Assembly (NCBI GenBank): GCA_963762145.1
Contig: CAVXJS010000019.1
Coordinates: forward strand, 288,001-352,000
Source: an uncultured Candidatus Rokubacteria bacterium
GTDB taxonomy: Bacteria; Methylomirabilota; Methylomirabilia; Rokubacteriales; CSP1-6
Direction of reading: 5' to 3'
Length of the DNA stretch: 64,000 bases
Shown: in pieces, positions 9,824 to 19,057 of the stretch
Position numbering within the stretch: the stretch's first letter is position 1
How the letters are laid out: each line of letters begins with the position of its first letter
The notes under the pieces: generated by a model
Seen by the model: the letters and a program-made list of their open reading frames with translations, nothing else
The model's database searches: none
Told to the model about the DNA's origin: nothing
Program-made: the position numbers and the translations under genes

Positions 9824-10903
9824 CTAGGCCAGGGGCCTGACGCCCAGCTCGCCCGCGATCTCGTTGCACTGGCGAACGAGGGCGGGGGCGACCGGGATGC
9901 CCTGGGCGCGGCGCACGCGCTCGGTCTCGGCCTCGGGCTCGCCCGCAGTGTAGATGCGCTCCTGGCCGTCGGCGCGCGGCGTATCGTGGAGGGCCTGCAG
10001 CATGTCGTCCATGGCGGCGGTGAAGTCGTCGACGGGCCGGAAGCGCTTGATGTCGATCGCCGCGAAGCAATGGCCGGTGTTGGTCTCCTTGCGCTCGCGG
10101 CCGTTGGTGCGGTCGAGCACGTTGCCGTAGACGCCGCCCGAGAGCACCCCGGAGAGGATGTCCACCATCACACCCAGGCCGTAGCCCTTGTGGCTGCCGA
10201 GCTCGCGGCTGCCGCCCAGGGGGGAGAGCAGGCGCGAGGCGAGGATCTCCCGCGCATCGGAGGTCGGCCGGCCCTGCGCGTCGAGGCCCCAGCCCTCCGG
10301 GATCGGCTTGTTCCAGCGCGAGGCGATGGTGAGCTTGCCGACCGCGACGGTGGTCGTGGCCATGTCGAGCACGAACGGTGCGTGCCGCGCGGCGGGCGCG
10401 GCGAGGCTGAGCGGGTTGGTGCCCATCATCGGCTTCCGGGCGAAGGTCGGCACCATGGCCACGAAGGGCGAGTTGGTCACCGCGAAGCCGATCATTCCCC
10501 GCGCGAGGGCCATCATGGAATAGTTCGCGCAGGCGCCGAAGTGGTTCGAGTTGCGCACCGCGACGATGCCGATGCCGTAGGTCTCCGCCTTGGCGATGGC
10601 GAGCTCCATCGCCAGGACGGAGGCGGGATGCCCGAGGCCCTTCTGGCCATCCACCAGGGCGGTGGCCAGATCGTCGCGCGCCACGGTGGGCTCGGCCTCG
10701 GGCCGGATGAAGCCGGCCCGCGTCCACTCGACGTACTTCGGCAGCATGCCGATGCCGTGGGAGTCCACTCCGCGCAGGTCGGTGCGGACCATGAGATCGG
10801 CGGAGAGGGCGGCGCTCCTCGGCGACATCTTGAGGGCCTCGAGCACCGAGACGATGTAGGCGGTGAGCGCAGGAGCGGAGACGGTGACGGCGGTATCGGC
10901 CAT
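9824..10903 (-). CDS. Ldh_2 family (type-2 malate/L-lactate, ComC/AllD-like) oxidoreductase
   Basis: RGVDSHG, RNSNHFGA, GTNP, DMATT, HKGYGL motifs; fused to npdG in the ORF track only by a frameshift. Confidence 0.9.
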   Translation of the reverse strand: MADTAVTVSAPALTAYIVSVLEALKMSPRSAALSADLMVRTDLRGVDSHGIGMLPKYVEWTRAGFIRPEAEPTVARDDLATALVDGQKGLGHPASVLAMELAIAKAETYGIGIVAVRNSNHFGACANYSMMALARGMIGFAVTNSPFVAMVPTFARKPMMGTNPLSLAAPAARHAPFVLDMATTTVAVGKLTIASRWNKPIPEGWGLDAQGRPTSDAREILASRLLSPLGGSRELGSHKGYGLGVMVDILSGVLSGGVYGNVLDRTNGRERKETNTGHCFAAIDIKRFRPVDDFTAAMDDMLQALHDTPRADGQERIYTAGEPEAETERVRRAQGIPVAPALVRQCNEIAGELGVRPLA

Positions 10904-10920
10904 GGCGGTGGGATCCTCGC

Positions 10921-11572
10921 TCAGGGCAGCCCGGTGATCTTGATGCCCGAGTTCTTCAGCTTGTAGCGGCGGTTGATCGTGGCGAGGACGGCGGTGATGC
11001 CCTCGAGCGGTCCCGCGTTGGTGAGAGCGCCCACGTCCACCGCGCGCAGGCCCATGGACGCCCCCAGCTCGGTCGACGAGCTTCTTGGCCTCCGCGTCGC
11101 CGCCGCAGAGCAGCAGGTCGCACTCGATCGCGTGGTCGCCCGCCGCCAGCTCGTGGGCCGCGATGTGATGGAAGGAGGCCACCACCCGGGCCTCGGGGCC
11201 CAGGATCTCCTGCGCTTCCTCCGCGGCGGAGCCCTGCGCCGGCGGCGTGAAGAGGCGGCCGCCGCCGAAGGTGAGGGGCACCACCGTGCTCACCACGATC
11301 TTGCCGCGGCAGACGTCGCGCAGCTCGGGGAGCGTGGTCTGCAGGCCCGTCGCGGGCACGGTCAGCACGACCACATCCGCGGCGGCCGCGGCTTCCCGGT
11401 TCGACTTGCCGTCCACCCGACTGCCGGGAGTGGACGCGGCCAGCTCCGCGGCCTTCGCGCGGGCGCGCTCCGGATCGCGCGAGCCGATGATCACCTCGTG
11501 CCCGGCCTGCGCCCACCGCAGCCCGAGCCCCACGCCTTCCTTGCCGGTGCCGCCCACGATGCCGATCCGCAT
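10921..11572 (-). CDS. npdG: NADPH-dependent F420 reductase (Fno/NpdG), one frameshift
   Basis: GIVGGTGKEG, GSRDPERA, SAAE, C-terminal INRRYKLKNSGIKITGLP. Confidence 0.9.
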
Positions 11573-11591
11573 GCCGTCTCCTCGCTCTGGG

Positions 11592-12344
11592 TTATCGGAA
11601 CAGATCGCGGGCCGGATCGCGAAGCAGGGCGCGGCTCGAGCCGTCGCCCCGCTCCCAGTCGAGCCCGCGGATGATCGCCACCGGAATACGGTCGAGCTTG
11701 CCCATCACCGGCTCCGCCGCCCCGGCCAGCTCGTCGGCCAGCGCCAGGATGGTCGCCTGGAGCACGTAGCCCGCGGGGTCCAGCTCGCCGAGGTAGCTCC
11801 GGATCGGCTCGAAGCCGGCGAGGCCGACCGCCACGTTCACGAGGCCCTCCCGCCAGGGCCGACCGAAGGTGTCCGCGATGATCACGGCCAGCTCGAGGCC
11901 GGTGAGCGCCTGCAGCCGCTCGAGGAGCGCGGCCGCGGAGCGGTCCGAGTCCGCCGGCAGCAGGCACGCGGTGTCCGAGTCCACGTTGGACTGGTCCACC
12001 CCCGCGTTCGCGCAGACGAAGCCGTGATGCGTCTCCACGATGAGCACGCCCTTGGCCTGGCGCACGATGCGCCGGCTCTCGCGCAGGATGACCTCGACGA
12101 GGCGCGGATCGCGGCCGATGTCCTCCGCCACCGCCTGGGCCCGCGGGGAAGGCGTCACGTCCGACAGCCGCACGAGCCGTCCCTCGGCCTTGGAGACGAT
12201 CTTCTGGCTGATCACCAGGAGGTCCCGCGCCTCGATCGGCGTGCCCTGGCGGCGGGCCGCGTCCGCGATCAGGGCGGCCACGTCGTCCCCGGGCCGGAAC
12301 TCGGGGAGGCCCCCGACGCCGATGACCTCGTAGCGAGGCGGCAT
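11592..12344 (-). CDS. cofE: Coenzyme F420-0:L-glutamate ligase (single domain)
   Basis: SQKIVSKAEG, ANAGVDQSN, DTFGRPWREG, ADELAGAA; about 250 aa, no nitroreductase extension. Confidence 0.93.
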   Translation of the reverse strand: MPPRYEVIGVGGLPEFRPGDDVAALIADAARRQGTPIEARDLLVISQKIVSKAEGRLVRLSDVTPSPRAQAVAEDIGRDPRLVEVILRESRRIVRQAKGVLIVETHHGFVCANAGVDQSNVDSDTACLLPADSDRSAAALLERLQALTGLELAVIIADTFGRPWREGLVNVAVGLAGFEPIRSYLGELDPAGYVLQATILALADELAGAAEPVMGKLDRIPVAIIRGLDWERGDGSSRALLRDPARDLFR

Positions 12345-12346
12345 GG

Positions 12347-13009
12347 TTATCGAGTCCCCGCCGCCCGGGCGCCCGCGGGGAAGCCGCGCAGGAGCCGGGC
12401 GCTCCGGGTGGCGGGCCCGCGCTCGAGGAGCACGGGCAGGTCGTCGGGGGCGTCCACGTCGAGACCGATCCCGGGCAGCTCGAGCACGCGCGGAGCCAGG
12501 CCGGCCGCCCGCGCGGCCTTCAAGTGATTCTCGAACGAGGGCTCGCCAAACGTGAGCGGCCATGGCGTCGGGCGGGGCCAGGAGGGCCGCGTTGGTGCCC
12601 AGGCCCGAGCGGGAAGGGACGAAGACCACGCCGGCGGCTTCGTCGAGGGCGTCGCGGAGCGCGGCGATCTCGAGGGCGGTGACGCAGGGCACGTCACCTG
12701 GCAGGGTGAGGAAGCGCGCCACGCCGCGGTCGACCGCCTCGCGCTGGGCGAAGGCCACCGCCGCGGTGTGGCCGCGGTTGTCGCTCTCGGCGAGGCACTC
12801 GACGCCCCGGGCGCCCGCGACGGCCCGTACCTCCGGATCGCGGGTGACCACGAGCACGGCGCCCGGCAGGGCGGCCGCCGCGGCGTCGAGCACGTCCTCG
12901 AGCATCGCGCGCGCCAGCGTCGCGGCGCTCGGACGGCGACAGCGCGGGAATGAGACGCTGCTTGGCGTTGACCAGGTCCTTGCACGGGAACGGCCAGGAG
13001 AAGGCTCAT
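12347..13009 (-). CDS. cofC: 2-phospho-L-lactate/PEP guanylyltransferase (frameshifted)
   Basis: AMLEDVL, LPGDVP, GLGTNA, FGEPSFENH, GLDVDAPDDL. Confidence 0.88.
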   Translation of the reverse strand: MSLLLAVPVQGPGQRQAASHSRAVAVRAPRRWRARCSRTCSTPRRPPCRAPCSWSPAIRRYGPSRAPGASSASPRATTAATPRRWPSPSARRSTAAWRASSPCQVTCPASPPSRSPRSATPSTKPPAWSSSLPARAWAPTRPSWPRPTPWPLTFGEPSFENHLKAARAAGLAPRVLELPGIGLDVDAPDDLPVLLERGPATRSARLLRGFPAGARAAGTR

Positions 13010-13935
13010 GCGGCCGCGCTCAGGACAGAGCGGGCCAGCGTGATCTCGGCGTCGCGGCTCGACATCATCGTGGGCGCGGGCACCGGCCTGACGCCCGCCG
13101 CCCGGATCTCCTCGCGCCAGGGCTCGGTCCTGCTCGTCGAAGACGAGGCGATCGAGCCAGGGCGCCGTAGGCCCGGGCGACGCCGGCGGCCGAGACCGGC
13201 AAGCCCGCGGCGGCCATGAGCCGCCCAGCGGGCCCGAGACGGCGGCGCCACCCACGATGGGGCTGACGGCGACAACGTTCGCCGGCGTGGCGCCCAGAGC
13301 CTCCACGAGCCCGGGAACGGCCAGGATCGGGCCCACCGAGGTGATCGGGTTGGACGGGCACACCAGCACCGCATCCGCGCCGGCGATGGCGTCCAGCACG
13401 CCCGGCGCCGGTGCCGCCGCGGCCGCTCCGGCATAGTCCACCGCGCGCACCTCGACCTGCGCCTTCTCGCGCACGAAGTACTCCTGGAAGGTCGAGCCAG
13501 CCGTCCGGGCCGAGGATGCGGGTGCGCACCGGCTGATCGGACATCGGCAGCACGGTCGCCGTCACCCCGAGGGCCGCCGCGATCGAGCGCGTGACCTCGG
13601 TCAGGGTGCGGCCTTCGCGGAGCAGCCGCGTCCGGTGCAGGTGGGTGGCCAGGTCGCGGTCGCCGAGGTTGAACCAGACCGGCTCGCCGAAGCGCGCGAT
13701 CTGGTCGAGGGCATGGAACGTCTCGCCGGTGAGGCCCCAGCCCTTCTGCTCGTCGATGCACGCCGCCCAGCGTGTAGGAGACGGTATCGAGATCGGGTGA
13801 GACGTGCAGGCCCCAGATCTCGGCGTCGTCACCGGTGTTCACGATGACGGTGAGATCGCGCGGGTCCATGATCCGGCCGAGGCCGCGGAGCAGCTTGGCG
13901 GCGCCGGTGCCACCCGCGAGCGCGGTGAGCTTCAT
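13006..13935 (-). CDS. cofD: 2-phospho-L-lactate transferase (frameshifted)
   Basis: LAGGTGAAKL, VNTGDD, SPDLDT, WFNLGDRDLATH, PSNPITSVGPIL, SPIVGG. Confidence 0.92.
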   Translation of the reverse strand: MKLTALAGGTGAAKLLRGLGRIMDPRDLTVIVNTGDDAEIWGLHVSPDLDTVSYTLGGVHRRAEGLGPHRRDVPCPRPDRALRRAGLVQPRRPRPGHPPAPDAAAPRRPHPDRGHALDRGGPRGDGDRAADVRSAGAHPHPRPGRLARPSRSTSCARRRRSRCARWTMPERPRRHRRRACWTPSPARMRCWCARPTRSPRWARSWPFPGSWRLWAPRRRTLSPSAPSWVAPPSRARWAAHGRRGLAGLGRRRRPGLRRPGSIASSSTSRTEPWREEIRAAGVRPVPAPTMMSSRDAEITLARSVLSAAA

Positions 13936-13953
13936 GGCGGCGGGAACGGCGGG

Positions 13954-14460
13954 TCAGTGCTCGCCGCGGGCGAGGGCGGAGCGGGAGCCGCCGCGACCCG
14001 CGGTGCTCCAGAGGGCGGTGCCGCCGCGCCAGCCGAACAATCCGAGTCCGGGGCGCCCCTGGAGCTCCCGGGGTAGCTCCGCCTCGGGAGTCGGAATGAA
14101 GCCGCTGCGCACCCAGATCCGGTCGAGGCCCTGGGGTCGCGTGAAGACGGTGGTGACGCCCTCGGTCGCGGTGTACGCGAGCGTTTGGCCCACGAGCTCG
14201 GCCGCCACGGCCAGCACGTCGTCGGCCGGTGTGTCGGGCGGGGCCACGACCACGGGACCGTGCAGCATCGCCGTGGCGCCCGCCCGCTCCATCAGGACCG
14301 CTCCCACCAGTCGCTCCCCGTCCCAGGCACCCCAGCCGGCGTGAACGTTGGCCGGTGGCGGGGTCCAGGCTCCCGTGAATCGGAACAGCTCGAGGGCCTG
14401 CTCCCAGGACGCGGGGAGCGGTCGGTATGCGAGAGCGCCGTGCGGGTTACTTCTTGCCAA
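13954..14460 (-). CDS. Putative GNAT-fold acetyltransferase-like protein (start uncertain)
   Basis: WDGERLVGAVLME..AMLHGPVV and VFTRPQGLDRIWVRSGF resemble GNAT strands and motif B. Confidence 0.55.
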   Translation of the reverse strand: MARSNPHGALAYRPLPASWEQALELFRFTGAWTPPPANVHAGWGAWDGERLVGAVLMERAGATAMLHGPVVVAPPDTPADDVLAVAAELVGQTLAYTATEGVTTVFTRPQGLDRIWVRSGFIPTPEAELPRELQGRPGLGLFGWRGGTALWSTAGRGGSRSALARGEH

Positions 14461-14734
14461 GCACCGAGTCCTTGAGGGACTTGGCGAGCCGGAACTTCAC
14501 CACGCGCTTGGCCGGGATCTTGATGGGCTCGCCGGTCTGCGGGTTGCGGCCCATCCGCGCCTTGCGGTTGGCGAGCACGAGCCGGCCAAAGTTCGGCAGC
14601 ACGAACACGTTCTTGGCTTCCTTGGTGGCAAGCGACAGCAGCTGGTCCATGACGTCCACGACCTGCTTCTTCGAGAGCTCCGTCTTCTGGGCCAGGTGAG
14701 CGATGATGGCGGACTTCGTCATCGTTTTTGCCAT
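14447..14734 (-). CDS. hup: DNA-binding protein HU
   Basis: MTKSAII, FGRL, RKARMGRNPQTGEPIKIPAKRVVKF. Confidence 0.95.
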   Translation of the reverse strand: MAKTMTKSAIIAHLAQKTELSKKQVVDVMDQLLSLATKEAKNVFVLPNFGRLVLANRKARMGRNPQTGEPIKIPAKRVVKFRLAKSLKDSVLGKK

Positions 14735-14813
14735 GTGCTTCCCTCCGGGTTTGAGTGTGAGAGTGAACGGTCGGGCCGTTGGGGATTCACACGTCGCGTG
14801 AAGCCAAGGGCCA

Positions 14814-14842
14814 ATTCTACTCAAGCCGCCCCGCGCGCTCAA
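14814..14842 (-). promoter_or_regulatory. sigma70 promoter for HU (possibly also GNAT-cofDCE-npdG)
   Basis: Minus strand TTGAGC-N17-TAGAAT. Confidence 0.65.
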
Positions 14843-14873
14843 CTGCGGAATACGCGGGCGTACGCGCGGCGCC

Positions 14874-16171
14874 TTAATCGGCCGGCGCGCGCGTGGGATG
14901 CAGGAAGCGGAACTGTCCGGATCCGGCGAGGGCGCGATAGGAGCCGAACCGCGCCTCCGCGTCGTGCACGTGATCGAGCGGAGAGTCGTCGGACGGATCC
15001 TCGACCTCGTAGACGCGGCAGCAGATCGTAGGTGGTCGAGCGCTGGGCCGGAACGCGTCCGGCATCGCGGATGAGGCGGCGCAGCTCGACCGGCGGCACG
15101 AGCTGGCCGTAGCGACGCTCCCGCGGAGGTGGAGATCGATTCATTGATCAGGGTGCCGCCCATGTCGTTGCAGCCCGCCGCGAGCAGGACCTGGGCGAGC
15201 TTCGGCCCCTCCTTGACCCAGGAGCACTGGATGTTGCGGAAGAGCGGGCCCAGGAACAGGCGCGCGAGCGCGTGCATCCGGACGACCTCGAGGCCGGTGG
15301 CGCCCTGGCGAACGCCGGGCACGAGGCCGCGGCGGTACATCGGCGCCTCCTGGTGGATCAGGGAGAGCGGGACGAACTCGGTGAAGCCGCCGGTCTCCTT
15401 CTGGATGGAGCGGAGCAGGTCCATGTGCCGCACCCAGTGCTCCGGCCGCTCCACGTGGCCGTACATGATGGTGGAGGTCGTGCGGATGCCCTGGGCGTGC
15501 GCCGAGGTGATCACCTCGATCCACTGGTCGACCGTAATGCGGCCGCGCGCGATGACGTCCCGGATCTCCTGGTCCAGCACCTCGGCCGAGGTTCCGGGCA
15601 GCGTGCCGAGGCCGACCTTCTTGAGCTCGGCCAGGTACTCGGGGATGGACAGGCCCGAGCGGGTGGAGCCGTACAGGATCTCCTCGGGCGAGAAGGCGTG
15701 CAGGTGCATCTCGGGCAGGGCCGTCTTGATCGCGCGGCAGAGATCGATGTAGTACCGCCCGTCGAGCTTGGGCGGCAGGCCCGCCTGGATGCAGACCTCG
15801 GTGGCGCCCATCTCCCACGCCTCGATGGCGCGGCGGACCACCTCGTCCATCGGAAGGAAGTAGCCTTCCTCCTCGCGGTGGTCGCGGCTGAACGCGCAGA
15901 ACGTGCAGTGCTTGATGCACACGTTCGTGAAGTTGATGTTGCGGTTGACGACGTAGGTGACCACGTCGCCCACCTGGCGCCGGCGCATCTCGTCGGCGAC
16001 CAGCGTCAGGGCCTGCAGGTCGCGCCCCTGGCTCTCGGTGAGGCGGATGCCGTCGGCGACGGACAGCTCGCCGCCGTCGAGCAGTGCGCCCAGGATGCGG
16101 CGGGTATCGGGCGAAGCCCAGTCGAGGGATATCGTCGTCGGCTTGTCGATCGGCATCACCAATGTCTCCAT
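14874..16171 (-). CDS. cofH: FO synthase subunit 2 (radical SAM), frameshifted at C-terminus
   Basis: VTYVVNRNINFTNVCIKHCTFCAFS, PGTSAEVL, TTSTIMYGH, GFTEFVPL, NIQCSWVKEG. Confidence 0.93.
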
Positions 16172-17359
16172 ATCTCCAGATCGGATCGGACATACCCGTC
16201 GGCGTCCACGAGGTCGGCCACGCGCGGGCGCAGGCGCTCGTCGAGGAACGCCTCGCGGGTAGTGTACTCGGGATAGATGGCGAGGCGCTCGCGCAGCTCG
16301 TGCCCGGCGGCCTCGGTGCGGCGCCGCAGCTCGGCCAGGCCGGGCCAGGGGCGCTCGGGATTGATGTGATCGGGAGTCAGCGGCGAGATGCCGCCCCAGT
16401 CGTTGAGGCCGGCGGCGGGGAGCTGGTCGTAGCCTTCCGCGGAGAGGTTGGGCGGGGCCTGGATGTTCATGGACGGGCCCAGGAGGAGGCGCGCCACTGC
16501 GACGGTCCGGAGGAGATCGAGCGCGCCGGGCTCCGGCCAGCCCCGCATCGGGATGGTCGCCTTGGCGCGGAAGTTCTGGACGATGACTTCCTGGATGTGG
16601 CCGTGACGCTCGTGCAGGTCGCGGATGGCGAGGAGCGACGTCCACCCGCTCGGCGTGGGTCTCGCCGATCCCGATGAGGATGCCGGTGGTGAACGGGATG
16701 CCGAGCGCGCCCGCGCGCGCGATGGTCCGGAGGCGCCGCTGCGGGACCTTGTCCGGCGCGCGATCGTGCGCGGCGCCGGGGGCGAGCAGCCGCTCGGACG
16801 TGCTCTCGAGCATGATCCCCATGCTCACGTTGACCTCCCGCAGCGAGGCCAGATCGCGCTCCGTCATCAGCCCCGGGTTGGCGTGGGGCAGGAGACCCGT
16901 CTCGTCCAGGACGCGGCCGCTGATCTCGCGCAGGTAGCCGAGCGTCGTCCGGTGGCCCACCGAGCGCAGGAAGGCGCGGTGCTCGGAGAAGAGCGCCTCG
17001 GGCTTGTCGCCCAGCGAGAACAGGGCTTCCTTGGCGCCGAGCCGCGCGCCCGCGCGGGCCAGGGCCAGCACCTGGTCGGGCGTCATCGTGAAGGCGCCCG
17101 GCTCGCCCGGATCCTTCCGGAACGTGCAATAGCCGCAGTAGTCGCGGCAGAGCGTGGTGAGCGGGATGAAGACCTTGGCCGAGAAGGTAATTCGCCGGCC
17201 CCGGCCCCGGTCGCGCAAGGCCGATGCGGCTCCGAGGAGCACGGACAGACGATCGGCCGGCGTCTCGAGAAGCGCGGTGGCTTCCGCCGCGTCGGGCGTC
17301 CGGCCCTCCGCGAGGCGGTCCAGCGCCCGCTCGACCGCGGTCAGCTCGAGTACTGCCAT
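16156..17359 (-). CDS. cofG: FO synthase subunit 1 (radical SAM), one frameshift
   Basis: FIPLTTLCRDYCGYCTF, LPHANPG, PFTTGILIGIGET, IQAPPNL, NDWGGISPLTPDHINPE. Confidence 0.93.
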
Positions 17360-17790
17360 GAGGACACGCGGCTGGGGGTCACGCGGATCATGAGGCCCCG
17401 CTCGCGCGGCAGGCCGAGGGTGCGGTACTGCGCGTACTTGGCGACGAGCAGATCCACCCCGTGGGCGAACTGCGGCCCCTCGGTGAGCAGATCCGCCTGC
17501 CCCTGGATGATGACGTAGCGGAGACGCGTCCAGTCCTCGTCATACTGGTCGATCACGATTGAGACGCGCGGATTCTCCCGGAGGTTCCGGATTCGCTTGA
17601 GCCCCTCGGGCGGGGCCTGCTTCGGCTTGGCGTCCACCGCGGAGTACAGGGCCCGACCATCGAAGGCATAGCAGATCGGGACCACCATCGGCTGGCCCCC
17701 CGCGTCCGCGGTGGCGAGCCGACCCACCCGCGCGCTCGTGATGAAGCCGGCGACGGGCGGGGGAATGGGCGCGGTCGGACTCGACGGCAT
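17341..17790 (-). CDS. PPOX-class (split-barrel) probable F420-dependent enzyme, Rv0121-like
   Basis: GRLATAD, YSAVDAKPK, LKRIRNLRENPRV, YDEDWTRL. Confidence 0.88.
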   Translation of the reverse strand: MPSSPTAPIPPPVAGFITSARVGRLATADAGGQPMVVPICYAFDGRALYSAVDAKPKQAPPEGLKRIRNLRENPRVSIVIDQYDEDWTRLRYVIIQGQADLLTEGPQFAHGVDLLVAKYAQYRTLGLPRERGLMIRVTPSRVSSWQYSS

Positions 17791-17799
17791 CGACCGCCC

Positions 17800-18765
17800 C
17801 TAGCGGGGCGTCCGGAGGACCTTCGGTCGGACCTCCTGGGCGAAGCGATCGATCAGCGTGAGCTGCCCCTTGAGATCCTGCGGCGCCGGATCGAAGACGA
17901 AGTGCGAGACGCCGAGTGCCTGATAGCTCTTGATGTGGCGGATCACGTCCTGGGCGGCGCCCCGGAAGCCGGGCTGATCGCTCACCGCGGCACGGCCACG
18001 CCGGGGCGCCAGCTCGAGCGGCACCCGGACCGAGAGGGTGATGGCCTTCGGATCGCGCCCGGCCTTCCGAGCCCAGCCGTGGATCAGCTTCACCTTCTCG
18101 GCGTACTCGTCGGGCAGGAGCATGGCGGGCGGCCGCATCGCGATGGGATGCCAAGCGTCCGCCAGCTCGCCCGTGCGGCGCAGCGCCACGTCGGTATGGC
18201 CGCCGATCCAGATCGGGATGCCACCCTTCTGGCGCGGCTTGGGCATCGCGCTCACCGAGGGCAAGCGATAGTGCGGGCCGGTGGACTGGGCGGGCTCCTT
18301 CGTCCACATCTCCCGCATGAGGCGCAGGTACTCGTCGGTGACCTTGCCGCGCTCGGCAAACGGCGGCGCCTGGAGCGCCTCGAACTCCTCCTTCATCCAG
18401 CCCACCCCGGCCCCGAGGATGATGCGGCCCCCCGACATCACGTCCAGGGTGGCCAGCATCTTGGCGGTCACGACCGGATTGCGGTACGGCACGACCAGCA
18501 CGCTGGTGCCGATCATCACCCGAGAGGTGAGGCCGACGAGGACGCCCATCATCGCCATCGGCTCGAGGTAGCCGTTCGTCCAGTCACCGGTGAAGCGCCC
18601 GCTGGCCGCGTAGGGATAGGGCGAGCTGTAGGAGGTCGGGATGACCACGTGATCGGTCACGAAGACCGAGGCGTAGCGGAGGGCGTCGACCTTCTCGGCC
18701 AGCTTGGTGAGGGCCTCCGGCGTCGCGAGCGGACCACGGCCCGGCAGAGCGAAGCCGAATTGCAT
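17800..18765 (-). CDS. LLM-class probable F420-dependent oxidoreductase, Rv2161c-like
   Basis: VTDHVVIP, GTSVLVVPYRNP, LDVMSGGR, GVGWMKEEF, PIWIGG. Confidence 0.9.
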   Translation of the reverse strand: MQFGFALPGRGPLATPEALTKLAEKVDALRYASVFVTDHVVIPTSYSSPYPYAASGRFTGDWTNGYLEPMAMMGVLVGLTSRVMIGTSVLVVPYRNPVVTAKMLATLDVMSGGRIILGAGVGWMKEEFEALQAPPFAERGKVTDEYLRLMREMWTKEPAQSTGPHYRLPSVSAMPKPRQKGGIPIWIGGHTDVALRRTGELADAWHPIAMRPPAMLLPDEYAEKVKLIHGWARKAGRDPKAITLSVRVPLELAPRRGRAAVSDQPGFRGAAQDVIRHIKSYQALGVSHFVFDPAPQDLKGQLTLIDRFAQEVRPKVLRTPR

Positions 18766-18772
18766 GAGCCGC

Positions 18773-18801
18773 ATATTGCTCGCGGCGTTTGGGCCTGTCA
18801 A
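18773..18801 (-). promoter_or_regulatory. sigma70 promoter for the LLM-PPOX-cofGH transcript (leaderless)
   Basis: Minus strand TTGACA-N17-CAATAT, 7 nt before the ATG. Confidence 0.65.
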
Positions 18802-19057
18802 GGCGGGCGGTTTTGGCGGGGTTTCCGCGATCCATGGTCGGGCGACCCGCTTGGCGTGCATCGGTGAGCTTCTTTATTTATCCGCTCGGCTCGCCTTCGG
18901 CTGCGCCTCGCCAAGCCGCTGCCTGTTTGCGCCAACGGCGCGTCCATGGCCAATGCGCGTGGCCCCGCGCGACCATCGCGTGGCCGTGTCAGCGGGCTGA
19001 CACCAAAAAATCGGGCTATGCTAGGCTCGTAATTGCCATGTTGATCGGGAGAGCCTC

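Noticed and set aside
9824-11572. Apparent NpdG-Ldh_2 fusion (582 aa)
   Set aside because: One extra base near 11070 shifts the frame; the true NpdG C-terminus and stop lie at 10921 in another frame.
11592-12905. Apparent CofC-CofE fusion
   Set aside because: Frameshift artefact; the CofC C-terminus ends at 12347 in another frame and cofE has its own ATG at 12344.
14447-17359. Apparent CofG-CofH-HU fusion (970 aa, FbiC-like)
   Set aside because: Produced by indels; cofG (stop 16156), cofH (stop 14874) and HU (own promoter and start) have separate ends.
18881-18912. CGCTCGGCTCGCCTTCGGCTGC resembling 26089-26107
   Set aside because: Similarity is short and low-complexity in GC-rich DNA; a repeat family cannot be supported from this window.
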